Of a stretch of DNA of 64,000 nt, positions 48,959-57,919 are shown piece by piece. Position 1 is the first letter of the stretch; every line of letters begins with the position of its first letter. The DNA comes from Thermoanaerobaculia bacterium (GTDB taxonomy: Bacteria; Acidobacteriota; Thermoanaerobaculia; Multivoradales; JAIOJS01), in contig CAWDWV010000003.1 in NCBI GenBank assembly GCA_963806095.1, positions 64,657 to 128,656 of the forward strand. The letters run 5' to 3'. A program made the translations under genes and the position numbers. Under the pieces are notes generated by a model. That model was not told the origin of the DNA, did not search any database, and was given only the letters and a program-made list of their open reading frames with translations.

Positions 48959-51178
48959 ATGTACGACAACATCCTCGTCCCCGTCGACAACTCGCGCCAC
49001 AGCAACCGCGCCATCGACACCGGCGTCGAGCTGGGCAAGCGCTTCGGCGCCAAGCTCGTGGGCTGCCACGTCTACGCCGCCAAGATGCACGACTACCGGT
49101 TCAAGCAGATGGAGTTCACGCTCCCCGAGGAGTACCTCGTCGAGCAGGAGCTGCACCGCCAGCGCAAGATCCACGACAGCCTCATCACCATGGGGCTCGA
49201 GCTGATCTCCGACTGCTACCTGGAGTCGATGAAAGCTCAGTGCGATCGCGAGGGCGTCGCCTTCGAAGGCAAGATGATGGACGGCAAGCACTCGATCGAG
49301 CTGGTGCGCGACATCCGCGAGACCGGCTACGACCTAGTGGTGCTCGGCGTGCTCGGCATCGGCCGCACCCGCGACAGCCAGGTGGGCTCGGTCTGCGCCC
49401 GCATCGCCCAGGAGAGCAGCCGCGACGTCTGGGTGGTCAAGCACCTCCCCGAAGCGGACGAGCCCGAGCGCGACACCGTGCTGGTCGGCGTCGACGGCAG
49501 CCCGAAGTCGTTCGGTGCGTTGACCACGGCGCTCGAGCTCTGCCAGCGCTTCGGCAAGAAGCTCGAGGTGATCGCGGTCTACGACCCCTACCTGCACTAC
49601 GCGGTGTTCAAGGGCGTCGTCGAGGTGCTCACCGAGAAGGCCTCGAAGGTGTTCCGCTTCGAGGAGCAGAACCAGCTCCACGAGGAGATCATCGACACCG
49701 GTCTCGCGGCGATCTACCAGTCGCACCTCAACGTCGCCGAGCAGATGGCGCGCGAGGCAGGCGTCGAGTGCAGCAAGACGCTGCTCGACGGCAAGTGCTT
49801 CCAGAAGGTTCTCGACCACGCGCGCAAGAGCAAGCCGTGGGTGCTGGTGGTGGGGCGGCTGGGCGTGCACAGCGCGGCGGACGCCACGGGCCTCGGCAGC
49901 AACACCGAGAACCTGTTGCGCCTGGCGCCCTGCGACGTGCTGCTGACGACGGCGGAGGTGACGCCCGAGCTCGACGTGCGCGCCGAGGAGAGCATCCACT
50001 GGACGCCGGAGGCGCTCTCGCGCATGGAGCGCGTGCCGCCGGCGGTGCTCGGCATCGCGCGCACGGCGATCCTGCGCCTGGCGCTGGAGCAGGGGCACAG
50101 CGTGGTGTCGTCCGACCTCGTCACCGAGGCGATGGAGCGCTTCATGCCCAAGCGGGCTGCCGAGCGCAACCTCAAGCTCGCCGAGGCGCTGGTGCTCGAG
50201 CGCGCCGAGCGCGGCGAGACGGTGATGGTGTGCACCGGCTGCGGCATCGCCGCGCGCACGGCGCAGGCGGTCAAGTGCCAGGTCTGCGGCGGCGAGAGCT
50301 TCGAGGCCCTCGACCCGCAGGCCATCGCCCGCATCATCATGGAAGAGGGCGGCGCCGAGGAGGAGACCACCTACGACGGCCGCAAGGTGCGCTGGACGCA
50401 GGAGGCGCGCGAGGCGTTGCGGGCGATCGACGACCGCTACCAGCGCCGGCGGGCCAAGGCGCGCATCGAGAAGGCGGCCCACGGCGGGCGGACGGACGTG
50501 GTGACGCTGGAGCTGGCGAAGCGGTTCATCGAGGAGGAGACCGGGATCCTCTTCGCGGCGCCGGTGAAGGCGGATGGCGCGGCAGCGAACGGACACGCGA
50601 GCAACGGTCACGCGGCAAACGGGCACGCCGCAAACGGCAATGGGCAGGGGCATGCGAACGGCGCCGGTGCCAACGGGCACGACGGCAACGGGCATGCGCA
50701 CGCCGCCGATGGGCAAGCTGCCAACGGGGCCGCAGCAAACGGCCATGCCGACGAGGTCGACGGGCCTCGGCTCGTGGCGCGCGACGGCAAGGGCGTGCCG
50801 CTGGTCTCGACGCGCGAGTGGACGACGCCGGCGATCGAGCGCATCGTGCGCGTGCCGGCGGGGTTCATGCGCGACCGCACGCAGGAGCGCGTCGAGGCGC
50901 TCGCCGCGGCCGCGGGCGTCGCGACGATCGACCTGCCGCTGGTCGAGGAGGGCATTCAGCTCGGCGTGCAGGCGATGGAGGAGATGATCGCGCAGCAGGC
51001 CGCGGCACCGGCGGTGGCGGCGGCGGCGGAAACGGCACAGCCGGCGGCGTCAGCTTGCCCGTTCGCCCGCGTCGCCGCGGCGCAACCCGAGGCTCTGCGC
51101 GGTCTCTTCCCGCTCGACGAGGTCAGCGTCGTCAGCGAGCTCGAACGGCAACGCCGCGAGCTCGGCACGCAGAGCTGA
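48959..51178 (+). CDS. Tandem universal stress protein (USPx2) + zinc-ribbon + three PCP_red-like domains
   Basis: USP domains: ILVPVDNS..., VLVGVDGSPKS... and VVGRLGVHS. Zinc ribbon: CTGC..CQVC. PCP_red-like repeats: WTPEALSRMERVPPAVLGIAR, RWTQEAREALRAIDDRYQRRRAK and WTTPAIERIVRVPAGFMRDR. Confidence 0.7.
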   Translation: MYDNILVPVDNSRHSNRAIDTGVELGKRFGAKLVGCHVYAAKMHDYRFKQMEFTLPEEYLVEQELHRQRKIHDSLITMGLELISDCYLESMKAQCDREGVAFEGKMMDGKHSIELVRDIRETGYDLVVLGVLGIGRTRDSQVGSVCARIAQESSRDVWVVKHLPEADEPERDTVLVGVDGSPKSFGALTTALELCQRFGKKLEVIAVYDPYLHYAVFKGVVEVLTEKASKVFRFEEQNQLHEEIIDTGLAAIYQSHLNVAEQMAREAGVECSKTLLDGKCFQKVLDHARKSKPWVLVVGRLGVHSAADATGLGSNTENLLRLAPCDVLLTTAEVTPELDVRAEESIHWTPEALSRMERVPPAVLGIARTAILRLALEQGHSVVSSDLVTEAMERFMPKRAAERNLKLAEALVLERAERGETVMVCTGCGIAARTAQAVKCQVCGGESFEALDPQAIARIIMEEGGAEEETTYDGRKVRWTQEAREALRAIDDRYQRRRAKARIEKAAHGGRTDVVTLELAKRFIEEETGILFAAPVKADGAAANGHASNGHAANGHAANGNGQGHANGAGANGHDGNGHAHAADGQAANGAAANGHADEVDGPRLVARDGKGVPLVSTREWTTPAIERIVRVPAGFMRDRTQERVEALAAAAGVATIDLPLVEEGIQLGVQAMEEMIAQQAAAPAVAAAAETAQPAASACPFARVAAAQPEALRGLFPLDEVSVVSELERQRRELGTQS
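50579..50749 (+). repeat. Coding His/Asn/Gly-rich (A-N-G-H)n low-complexity repeat
   Basis: AAANGHASNGHAANGHAANGNGQGHANGAGANGHDGNGHAHAADGQAANGAAANGHA, with a 12-nt periodicity of gcN aac ggN cac. Confidence 0.9.
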
Positions 51179-51202
51179 CCGAGTCGTCAGAAGAGGGCCG
51201 AC

Positions 51203-51219
51203 CACAGCGCTTCGCTGTG
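51203..51219 (+). terminator. Short hairpin after the USP gene
   Basis: cacagcg-ctt-cgctgtg followed by ctttc. A weak intrinsic-terminator candidate. Confidence 0.3.
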
Positions 51220-51452
51220 CTTTCGCGATCCATCGATAGGGGCCGGTGAAATCCCGGCATCGAGTCCGTCTATAGTGGAGCCGGCCTCCCGGTAGACGGT
51301 CTTTGGTCAGGATGAGCCCAGCTGGCTCCGCAGGAGCTCGATCCGGGTGTACACCGCGTCGTGGACACCCAAGGGCACGGAGTGTGCCGTCGGCGCGCTG
51401 CCGGTCACTGCCCCTTGCAAGGATCTGCCCGCCAATTCCGTTCGAGGGAGCG

Positions 51453-52454
51453 ATGGACGCATCCCTCCCGACGGCGGCCGATCCTTCAGCGCCGGCTGCG
51501 CCGCGGCTCCTCGACCGCGTCAGCCATCGCATCCGAGAGCGCCGGCTCTCCCGCCGAACGGAGGAGGCCTATCGGCACTGGGTACGGCGCTACGTGCTCT
51601 TCCACGGCAAGCGGCATCCCTCCGAGCTGGGCATCGTGGAGCTCAACGCCTTCCTCTCTCACCTCGCGGTGGAAGGTCAGGTCAGCCCCTCGACGCAGAA
51701 CCAGGCACTGGCGGCGCTGCTGTTCCTCTATCGCGACGTACTGCAGGTCGAGCTCGGGCAGCCACGCGACTACATGCGCGCCCTGCGGCCGCGACGGCTG
51801 CCCATCGTGCTGTCGAGAACCGAAGTGCGCGCGCTCCTCGCCCAGCTCGACGGCACCGAGCGGCTGCTCTGCACGTTGCTCTACGGCGCCGGCCTGCGGT
51901 TGATCGAAGGACTACGCCTGCGCATTCACGACCTCGACTTCGAGCGGCGCGAGATCACGGTGCGCGCTGGCAAAGGCGACAAGGACCGCCGCACCATCCT
52001 GCCCGCGAGCTCGGTGGAAGGGCTGCAGCGGCACTTGGAGGCCGTGCGCCGGCTCTGGGAGAACGACCACGCTACCAACCTCGAGGGAGTCTGGATGCCG
52101 GCCGCTCTGGACCGGAAGTTCCGCGGCGCCGGCCGCGAGTGGCACTGGCAGTGGCTCTTTCCCACCGCGCGTCCCCAGCGCGACCCGCGCAGCGGTGTGC
52201 TGCGCCGTCACCACTTGCTGGACCGAACTCTCCAGCGGGCGGTGAAACTCGCGGCAGGCAAAGCGGGCATCGCCAAGGCCGCCACGTGCCACACCTTGCG
52301 CCACTCCTTTGCAACCCACCTCCTAGAGGCAGGGTACGACATCCGCACCGTACAGGAGCTCCTCGGCCACCGCGACGTACGCACCACCATGATCTACACC
52401 CACGTTCTCAACCGTGGAGGCCTCTGCGTCCAGAGCCCGGCCGACTTCGGCTGA
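51453..52454 (+). CDS. intI: Integron integrase IntI (tyrosine recombinase)
   Basis: The IntI-specific insertion [39 protein letters not shown]. Catalytic boxes are [46 protein letters not shown] and [11 protein letters not shown]. At 333 aa it is similar in length to IntI1. Confidence 0.93.
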   Translation: MDASLPTAADPSAPAAPRLLDRVSHRIRERRLSRRTEEAYRHWVRRYVLFHGKRHPSELGIVELNAFLSHLAVEGQVSPSTQNQALAALLFLYRDVLQVELGQPRDYMRALRPRRLPIVLSRTEVRALLAQLDGTERLLCTLLYGAGLRLIEGLRLRIHDLDFERREITVRAGKGDKDRRTILPASSVEGLQRHLEAVRRLWENDHATNLEGVWMPAALDRKFRGAGREWHWQWLFPTARPQRDPRSGVLRRHHLLDRTLQRAVKLAAGKAGIAKAATCHTLRHSFATHLLEAGYDIRTVQELLGHRDVRTTMIYTHVLNRGGLCVQSPADFG

Positions 52455-52614
52455 ATTCGGGCCGCGTTCGCGGCGGGAGTGAAACAGCTTCTGCGACGCC
52501 GCAGGAGATTGCCGTCACCGATTGTCCGATCCGCCCTGGAGACGAAACCGCATCTTGGACGCTATCCCTACGTCGCCTCGGGACTTGCCCTTCGCGCCGC
52601 GAATCGGGCCCAGC

Positions 52615-52847
52615 GTGTTACGCGTCAATCGGTGTCGCGTAACACTCGGGGAGCGGTTGGAAGGCGCAGGAATCCTTTGTCGCCACTTGCTTGTGAGTCG
52701 GCGAGATAAGCTGGGACATAACAGCGTGACAGCGCGTTACTTGCGGTCGTCGTCAGGTCTCGGGCTGCCGTGTGTTACGCGACAGCCGCATCCACAAGCT
52801 TGCCGGCCGGCTGGCACTCGACCTGTCGGTTAATCAATGGGTTAGGC
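52615..52847 (+). other. Candidate attI region: repeated GTTAC(G) boxes ending in the GTTAGGC crossover core
   Basis: GTGTTACGCG occurs at 52615 and 52772, with its inverted copy CGCGTAACAC at 52636 (10-bp arms, 11-nt spacer). GCGTTAC is at 52734, GGTTAAT at 52828 and GTTAGGC at 52841-52847. No R'' partner is nearby. Confidence 0.5.
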
Positions 52848-52883
52848 GTCAGAACAACCAGCAGTGGCAGGCGTGAGATCGCC

Positions 52884-53267
52884 ATGAATCAGAGAGCAAT
52901 CGAGGTTTTCGCGGCGCTCTACTTCCTGATCATCGGCCTATCCCACGTCTTCCAGCCGCACGCATGGGTCGACTACTTCATTCGCCTCAGAGATCAGGGC
53001 CGCTCCGGCATGTTCACGGAGGGCTTCCTCGCCCTATCGTTCGGCGCGCTGATTGTCGCCTTCCACAACGTGTGGTCCGGCCTTCCGCTGGTGCTGACCC
53101 TCATCGGCTGGGGTCAGGTCGTCAAGGGAACAGTACGATTCGTGGCACCTCAACTAAGCCTCCGCCTCTACCAACAGGTGGCACACGAGCGTGCCGGCCA
53201 GTTCCGACTCGCCGGTGTCTTTGCTCTTGCCGTTGCGGCTCTCCTCGTCTATCTGCTGCTCCGCTAG
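52884..53267 (+). CDS. Cassette 1: small 4-TM membrane protein, unknown function
   Basis: 127 aa: MNQRAIEVFAALYFLIIGLSHVF.... It is the first ORF after the attI core. Confidence 0.6.
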   Translation: MNQRAIEVFAALYFLIIGLSHVFQPHAWVDYFIRLRDQGRSGMFTEGFLALSFGALIVAFHNVWSGLPLVLTLIGWGQVVKGTVRFVAPQLSLRLYQQVAHERAGQFRLAGVFALAVAALLVYLLLR

Positions 53268-53291
53268 GACACTTCGCGCAAGGGCTTGCGA

Positions 53292-54635
53292 CTGTAGGGC
53301 CGACCGCTCCATTTACACTTTGACCGACCGCTGTGTTTACACTCTTCCTCTTCTTACCCTAGCTGTTCTTCCCATTTCTTTGGTCTGTCTTTGGTACGGA
53401 GTTGCAGCATAGAGCTTGAACTTCCGCTCGTCGAACCTGCCGAGGAGAACCGCTCCGAAGTAGAGAGACCAGACGCCGTCGTCGACCTCTTCAAACCCGA
53501 CGTTCTCCTCGGCCAGGACGCTGCTGATGTTGAGCCAGCGCTTGGCCCAGCGCACGCCGCCGTTGCGGCTGACCCTCCGGATCTCCAGATGACCTGGGTA
53601 CTCGATGCTCGGCTCCTGCTTTGGGTATGGCCGCGGCGAGGGCTGGTACAGCGAGGCCGGCGTTCGCTGGCCGATTCCTTCATGAGGTCGCACGAAGTTG
53701 TACTCGCGGCGGAAGGCGGTGAAGCGACGCTGTTGGGCTCTGGCGTTGCCTGCCGCGGGACGCGTGGTGCTCGCCTTCAGCGTCCGATGCATGCGCTCGT
53801 GGGCTCCGTTCTGCTGGGGCGACGACGGCTCGATCAGCTCAGGCCGGATACCCAGCTTGATCCACCACACCGACAGGCGCGAGAGGCGGCCCAGGGCTTC
53901 GCTGGCAAACGGCACTCCGTTGTCGGTTCGAATCGCCTCGGGCAGGCCAAACTCGCGGAAAAGCCGTTGCAGGACAAGCCTCGTCGGCTGGTACAGCGTG
54001 CCGTCGAGGCTCTGGCAGGCCAGCAGGAATCGGCTGTACCCGTCGACCACCGTAAGCGGATAGCAGTACCTGCCATCGCCGGTCTTGAACTGGCCTTTGA
54101 AGTCCATCGTCCACACTCCGTTGGCCTTCGCCATAGGTGTCGTCGGCCGCCCTGGATGCTCGACCCTGCGCCGCGTTCGACGTCGCCGCACCAGGCCGTG
54201 GCGCTCGAGGATCGAGCCGGCCGTGCTGGGAGCTGGCCAAGCCCGATCTGGCTCGAGCTCCCGCAGCACGGCGACGAGCTTCTTGGGACCCCAGCGAAGC
54301 TTGCGCTTGGCCGCCACCAATGCCTTCTCGATCTCCCGAGAGGTCCGCAGCGGTTGCTGCTTTGCCACCGGCGGGCGATCCGCCAGTGCCGACTCACCGT
54401 CTGCTTCGAACCTCTCCAGCCACTTGTACCCTGTGGGCCGGGAGATCCCGTACCGCTGGCATGCTTCGACCATGCTCAGAGTCCCGGACTTCAGGTCTCT
54501 GATGAAGCTCACGCGCTGGTCCATTCGATCGCTCTCCTTCCACGGCATCGACACCTCCTTGGAGGTGTCCATCGTGATCTACCGTGTAAATGGAGCGGTC
54601 GGTCTAAGTGTAAACAGAGCGCCCGGTCTGTACCG
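53292..54635 (-). mobile_element. IS481-family insertion sequence, copy 1 (1344 bp)
   Basis: Identical over all 1344 bp to 61730..63073. The ends carry repeated GACCGACCGCTNNNTTTACAC motifs in inverted orientation. It encodes a single rve/DDE transposase. Confidence 0.88.
53337..54572 (-). CDS. IS481-family DDE (rve) transposase
   Basis: N-terminal HTH (ACQRYGISRPTGYKWLERF). Integrase core is WTMDFKG...PLTVVDGYSRF...IRTDNGVPF...QQNGAHERMHRTLK. 411 aa. Confidence 0.9.
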   Translation of the reverse strand: MDTSKEVSMPWKESDRMDQRVSFIRDLKSGTLSMVEACQRYGISRPTGYKWLERFEADGESALADRPPVAKQQPLRTSREIEKALVAAKRKLRWGPKKLVAVLRELEPDRAWPAPSTAGSILERHGLVRRRRTRRRVEHPGRPTTPMAKANGVWTMDFKGQFKTGDGRYCYPLTVVDGYSRFLLACQSLDGTLYQPTRLVLQRLFREFGLPEAIRTDNGVPFASEALGRLSRLSVWWIKLGIRPELIEPSSPQQNGAHERMHRTLKASTTRPAAGNARAQQRRFTAFRREYNFVRPHEGIGQRTPASLYQPSPRPYPKQEPSIEYPGHLEIRRVSRNGGVRWAKRWLNISSVLAEENVGFEEVDDGVWSLYFGAVLLGRFDERKFKLYAATPYQRQTKEMGRTARVRRGRV

Positions 54636-54642
54636 TCCTGAC

Positions 54643-54718
54643 GCCTAACCCCTCGTTGCAGCGGACGCTACCCGGGCGTTCGCCCGGGCAGCGCCGCTGA
54701 ACTCATAAGCCGTTAGGC
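54643..54718 (+). other. attC 1 (76 bp)
   Basis: R'' GCCTAAC ... GTTGCAGCGG / CCGCTGAAC stem with an extrahelical G, a central GC hairpin, and R' GTTAGGC. Confidence 0.85.
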
Positions 54719-54744
54719 GGCTCGCTCACCAGCAGAGGTTTCTG

Positions 54745-55059
54745 ATGCAGCCGACCTTCACCGTCATCGTGCCAATCGAGGACGGCTTCTTCATGGAGCA
54801 GGTCACTGGGTCTTCTGCTGCCGAAGCCATCGCAACCTGGGCGCGCGAGTTCCCCGCGGACCTCGTTCCGAGTCTTGGCTTCCCCAACAAGCGCAGCTTG
54901 GTTGGTGGGCTCAAGCGGAATCCCCCTCTGACCTCGCGTGACAATCCCGGCGTGTGGTCGTCGAACCTCCGCACTGGGAAGCGATACATCCCAGTGGTGG
55001 TCGTGCGCACGCAAACCTCAAGTCGCGCACCCTCCAAGCGCCGCGGCAAGCGACTTTGA
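54745..55059 (+). CDS. Cassette 2: hypothetical protein (104 aa)
   Basis: A single ORF between attC1 and attC2. No family was recognised. Confidence 0.55.
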   Translation: MQPTFTVIVPIEDGFFMEQVTGSSAAEAIATWAREFPADLVPSLGFPNKRSLVGGLKRNPPLTSRDNPGVWSSNLRTGKRYIPVVVVRTQTSSRAPSKRRGKRL

Positions 55060-55065
55060 TTCGCC

Positions 55066-55141
55066 GCCTAACCCCTCGTTGCAGCGGGCGCTACCCGGGC
55101 GTTCGCCCGGGCAGCGCCGCTGAACTCATACGCCGTTAGGC
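55066..55141 (+). other. attC 2 (76 bp)
   Basis: GCCTAACCCCTCGTTGCAGCGGGCGCTACCCGGGCGTTCGCCCGGGCAGCGCCGCTGAACTCATACGCCGTTAGGC. Confidence 0.88.
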
Positions 55142-55175
55142 GGCACTCGGAACACTCGCGTATTGTCAGCATCGC

Positions 55176-55892
55176 GTGGAAGAAGAGACCGGACTCCAGC
55201 GCAGGCTTAAGCGGCTCAAGGGCCATCCGATCGTGTTGATCGTCGGTGTGCTCGGTGCTCTCCTTGTTTGGCTCGTGAAGGTGACTGATTCTGCCGAGAA
55301 GCTCGCTAGCTTGGTCTCTCGCGATCAGCCTCACGCAACGGCAACGGCAACTCCCGGGGTTCAGCCGCCGGATATCGCACAAGGCCACTCTGCTGCTCCC
55401 CAGTCGAGCCCTCTGCAAGCTCCGCTCGCCGAGATACGCGTGTTCCCTCTAGCCGAAGAAGCGGAGAGCCGTCAGCTCATCACCAAACTCCGAACGGACG
55501 CTGGCCTTCGCTCATTGTCGGTGGTCGAAACTGGCGCCCGCCTCGAGAACGCCCCTTCGGGGACCTTCTTCACGATGAGGGTCATCGACATAGTGGCGGC
55601 ATCGCTTTCCCAGGAGTCCAGGATCAGTTCTCGTCCCGTGAACAACTCCGACTACGAGATCCATCGCCCGCCTCGGAATGGTCCATTGCTCCTCGCATAT
55701 GTAACTCCCACTGACGCAGCCAAGCTCAGCTCGCTTCGTACTTCCGAGGCCCAGGTCCTCTTCACGCCGATACCCTTCGGACCGTTCTCAGTCCTTGCAC
55801 TAGTTCCAATCGATCGGCTCACAGCCCTAACCCCGCGTTACCTTGACACTTCCGACAGTTCTGTCGCGGCACTTGACGCAACTGTTCGGTAG
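55176..55892 (+). CDS. Cassette 3: hypothetical protein with an N-terminal TM helix (238 aa)
   Basis: TM segment IVLIVGVLGALLVWLV, then a Pro/Ala-rich linker and a globular domain. No family was recognised. Confidence 0.55.
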   Translation: MEEETGLQRRLKRLKGHPIVLIVGVLGALLVWLVKVTDSAEKLASLVSRDQPHATATATPGVQPPDIAQGHSAAPQSSPLQAPLAEIRVFPLAEEAESRQLITKLRTDAGLRSLSVVETGARLENAPSGTFFTMRVIDIVAASLSQESRISSRPVNNSDYEIHRPPRNGPLLLAYVTPTDAAKLSSLRTSEAQVLFTPIPFGPFSVLALVPIDRLTALTPRYLDTSDSSVAALDATVR

Positions 55893-55907
55893 GGCTCGCG
55901 CGGTGCC

Positions 55908-55982
55908 GCCTAACCCTTCGTTGCAGCGGGCGACAACCGGGCTTCGCCCGGTTGCCGCCGCTGAACTCAAGCGCCGTTAGGC
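55908..55982 (+). other. attC 3 (75 bp)
   Basis: R'' GCCTAAC at 55908 and R' GTTAGGC at 55976, with the same stem family. Confidence 0.88.
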
Positions 55983-56014
55983 GACACTCGGACCGCACAC
56001 AAGGGCCAGCCATC

Positions 56015-56686
56015 GTGAAGATCGGATCGCTCCGCATGGCAGTGTGGGTTGCCGCCTCTGCCGTTGTGTTGGCGACGCTCCTCTATTCCAGCTTTCGGGT
56101 AGGCGATCCCCAGTTCCTTGACGCAGCCATGAGCGGGCTGTTGTCGACGATCGTCGGTGTTGCACTTGGCGTCCCGGTGGGATTAGAGCTTGCCCGTCGG
56201 CAAGCAGCTGCAGACGAGTCCGCACGTACCGCGGCTGAACGGCAGTCCGAATTGCAGTACCTTGATCAGGTCGTCACCAACGTAGCGCTAGAGCTCGACG
56301 GGAACAGAGACCGACTGCGGCGGCTTCACGAGGTGCTCGACAGTGCGCCGAAGCCCAGCGCCGAACTTTGGGCCGCTGCCGTTGCCGTCGCGGACTCGTT
56401 CGCTTATGCAGCCTTCGACCACTTGCGCACGCTCCCGAATCTCCGGAAGCACTTCGAGCATCACGTCCTTGTCCTCAGCGTCTACCCGTCACTTCGGACT
56501 GTTGCCGCCGACATTCATGCTGCCGAGGCGCTTCACAAGTTCCACATGGGGTTCTCGTTAAATGAGGCTGCTGCCTGCGAGCAGTTTGACTCCATCAAAC
56601 AGTCCGTCGACTTTGGACACTCCGTCCTCGAAGATGCCGTGAAGTCCTGCGATCGCCTCCTCGACCGCCTGCGCAGTGTCGCTTAA
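56015..56686 (+). CDS. Cassette 4: hypothetical 2-TM + helical-domain protein
   Basis: VWVAASAVVLATLLY and LLSTIVGVALGVPVGL, then a helical region. The TAA stop lies inside R'' of attC4. Confidence 0.55.
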   Translation: MKIGSLRMAVWVAASAVVLATLLYSSFRVGDPQFLDAAMSGLLSTIVGVALGVPVGLELARRQAAADESARTAAERQSELQYLDQVVTNVALELDGNRDRLRRLHEVLDSAPKPSAELWAAAVAVADSFAYAAFDHLRTLPNLRKHFEHHVLVLSVYPSLRTVAADIHAAEALHKFHMGFSLNEAAACEQFDSIKQSVDFGHSVLEDAVKSCDRLLDRLRSVA

Positions 56687-56756
56687 CCCCTCGTTGCAGC
56701 GGACGCTACCCGGGCATTCGCCCGGGCAGCGCCGCTGAACTCATAGGCCGTTAGCC
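56681..56756 (+). other. attC 4 (76 bp)
   Basis: R'' GCTTAAC and R' GTTAGCC (variant cores) with the same internal stems. Confidence 0.8.
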
Positions 56757-56802
56757 GACACTCGGGCCATCGTTAAATGCTCAACATCGTCAAGACGCCA
56801 CC

Positions 56803-57795
56803 GTGAAGTTGACCCGCGCCCAGATCGAGCGAGAAGTCTTGTACACCCGCAGCTTCTTCGGGAGCGGCGATTTCGTGCCCACGGAATCGGCTGCTGCGAT
56901 CGAAGAGCGTTGCGCCCAGCTGATCCACTCCTTCGAGGTCATGAGAAAGGCGGTGGAACCGCTGCGGCCCGGCGAACACGCCATCGTGACTTTGACCCGC
57001 AGGAAGACAGCCGCGCTCCTGGCTGACCGAGTTTGGGGGGCCGACACGCTGGCCGATCTCGCGATTAACTTCGGCTGGGAACTGCCGCTGGAAGTTCGTC
57101 TTCGGGCGATGCTCCGCCTCCATCCGTACTTCGAGCGTTCGCCGTCCGCCCCCAAGGTGTCCCCGACCTCACAAGCCGAGACGGAGTCATTCTTGGCGGA
57201 CGTAGAGCGCGACTTGGCCCTCGGCCTTGCTCAGGCCAGCGGGGCAGCAGTCTCTCCTCTCTACAGTCTTGCCTCCAGGCGGGACCTCCAGTATCGCGGG
57301 GGTGACCAAGCGGCCATCGTCTGCATCGTCGACCAACTCGCGATCGTTGACGAGGATCAGATGTCGTGGGAACAAGTCGTAGAGTTCCGCCGTGATCAAG
57401 CTGCCCGCAAGGCCCACAGACGATTCGTGCACTGGCTCGATCGCGAGATGATCGACAAGCCAGTTCAGTACATCGCCGATGACCTTTCGCAACGCCTCGA
57501 ACGGTATGCATGGTCCTTACGGAAGCACGGGATTCAGACCGTGATCGGCTCGTTGAGCAACACCCTGAATCCCAAGTCACTCGTCGCGTCTTCAAGCGCT
57601 GGCGTCGCAGTCAACGTCATCACCGGCCAACCGCTCTGGTCGCTGCTAGCCACCGGCGGCTTGCTGCTCGGGAACGCGGCACTTTCTCTAGCTACTGCGC
57701 TTGTAGAAAGGCGAGACCTTGAGATGGCGTCTCCGGAGATATCCTACGTACATCAGCTGGCCGGAGAACGACGGTCTGATGCCCCGACGCTCTGA
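56803..57795 (+). CDS. Cassette 5: hypothetical 330-aa protein with C-terminal TM helices
   Basis: A soluble N-terminal ~250 aa, then GVAVNVITGQPLWSLLATGGLLLGNAALSLATAL. No family was recognised. Confidence 0.55.
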   Translation: MKLTRAQIEREVLYTRSFFGSGDFVPTESAAAIEERCAQLIHSFEVMRKAVEPLRPGEHAIVTLTRRKTAALLADRVWGADTLADLAINFGWELPLEVRLRAMLRLHPYFERSPSAPKVSPTSQAETESFLADVERDLALGLAQASGAAVSPLYSLASRRDLQYRGGDQAAIVCIVDQLAIVDEDQMSWEQVVEFRRDQAARKAHRRFVHWLDREMIDKPVQYIADDLSQRLERYAWSLRKHGIQTVIGSLSNTLNPKSLVASSSAGVAVNVITGQPLWSLLATGGLLLGNAALSLATALVERRDLEMASPEISYVHQLAGERRSDAPTL

Positions 57796-57810
57796 GCGAC
57801 CGAGAGTGTC

Positions 57811-57886
57811 GGCTAACCCCTCGTTGCAGCGGACACCACACGGGCGTTCGCCCGTGTGGTGCCGCTGAACTCATACACCGTTAGGC
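57811..57886 (+). other. attC 5 (76 bp)
   Basis: R'' GGCTAAC and R' GTTAGGC, with flanks GAGTGTC / GGCACTC that extend the stem. Confidence 0.88.
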
Positions 57887-57919
57887 GGCACTCGGAGCAC
57901 GAGAGGTAGGCTCGAGTCC

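Noticed and set aside
46992-50746. Minus-strand ORFs 46992..48770 and 49334..50746
   Set aside because: Shadow ORFs opposite the cytochrome c/EB_dh gene and the USP gene.
51225-51300. tRNA-like fragment (…CCGGCATCGAGTCCGTC…) upstream of intI, possibly an integration-site remnant
   Set aside because: I could not build a T-arm, an acceptor stem or any cloverleaf from the flanking sequence. The similarity is limited to a TCGAGTCC-like octamer.
51300-51452. LexA box or promoter upstream of intI
   Set aside because: There is only a short GTGTACAC palindrome and no CTGT-N8-ACAG-type or other recognisable SOS box. No convincing -35/-10 pair was found.
52812-52827. Sigma54-like TGGCAC-N5-CTGTC just before the attI core
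   Set aside because: The -24 element matches, but the -12 GC dinucleotide is not at the required spacing (GT instead).
53391-54641. 416-aa plus-strand ORF inside the IS (and its twin 61829..63550)
   Set aside because: It is antisense to an intact rve transposase and Arg/Pro-rich. The 61829 ORF appears long only because it runs out of the IS into the real cassette 12 ORF, which I start at GTG 63176.
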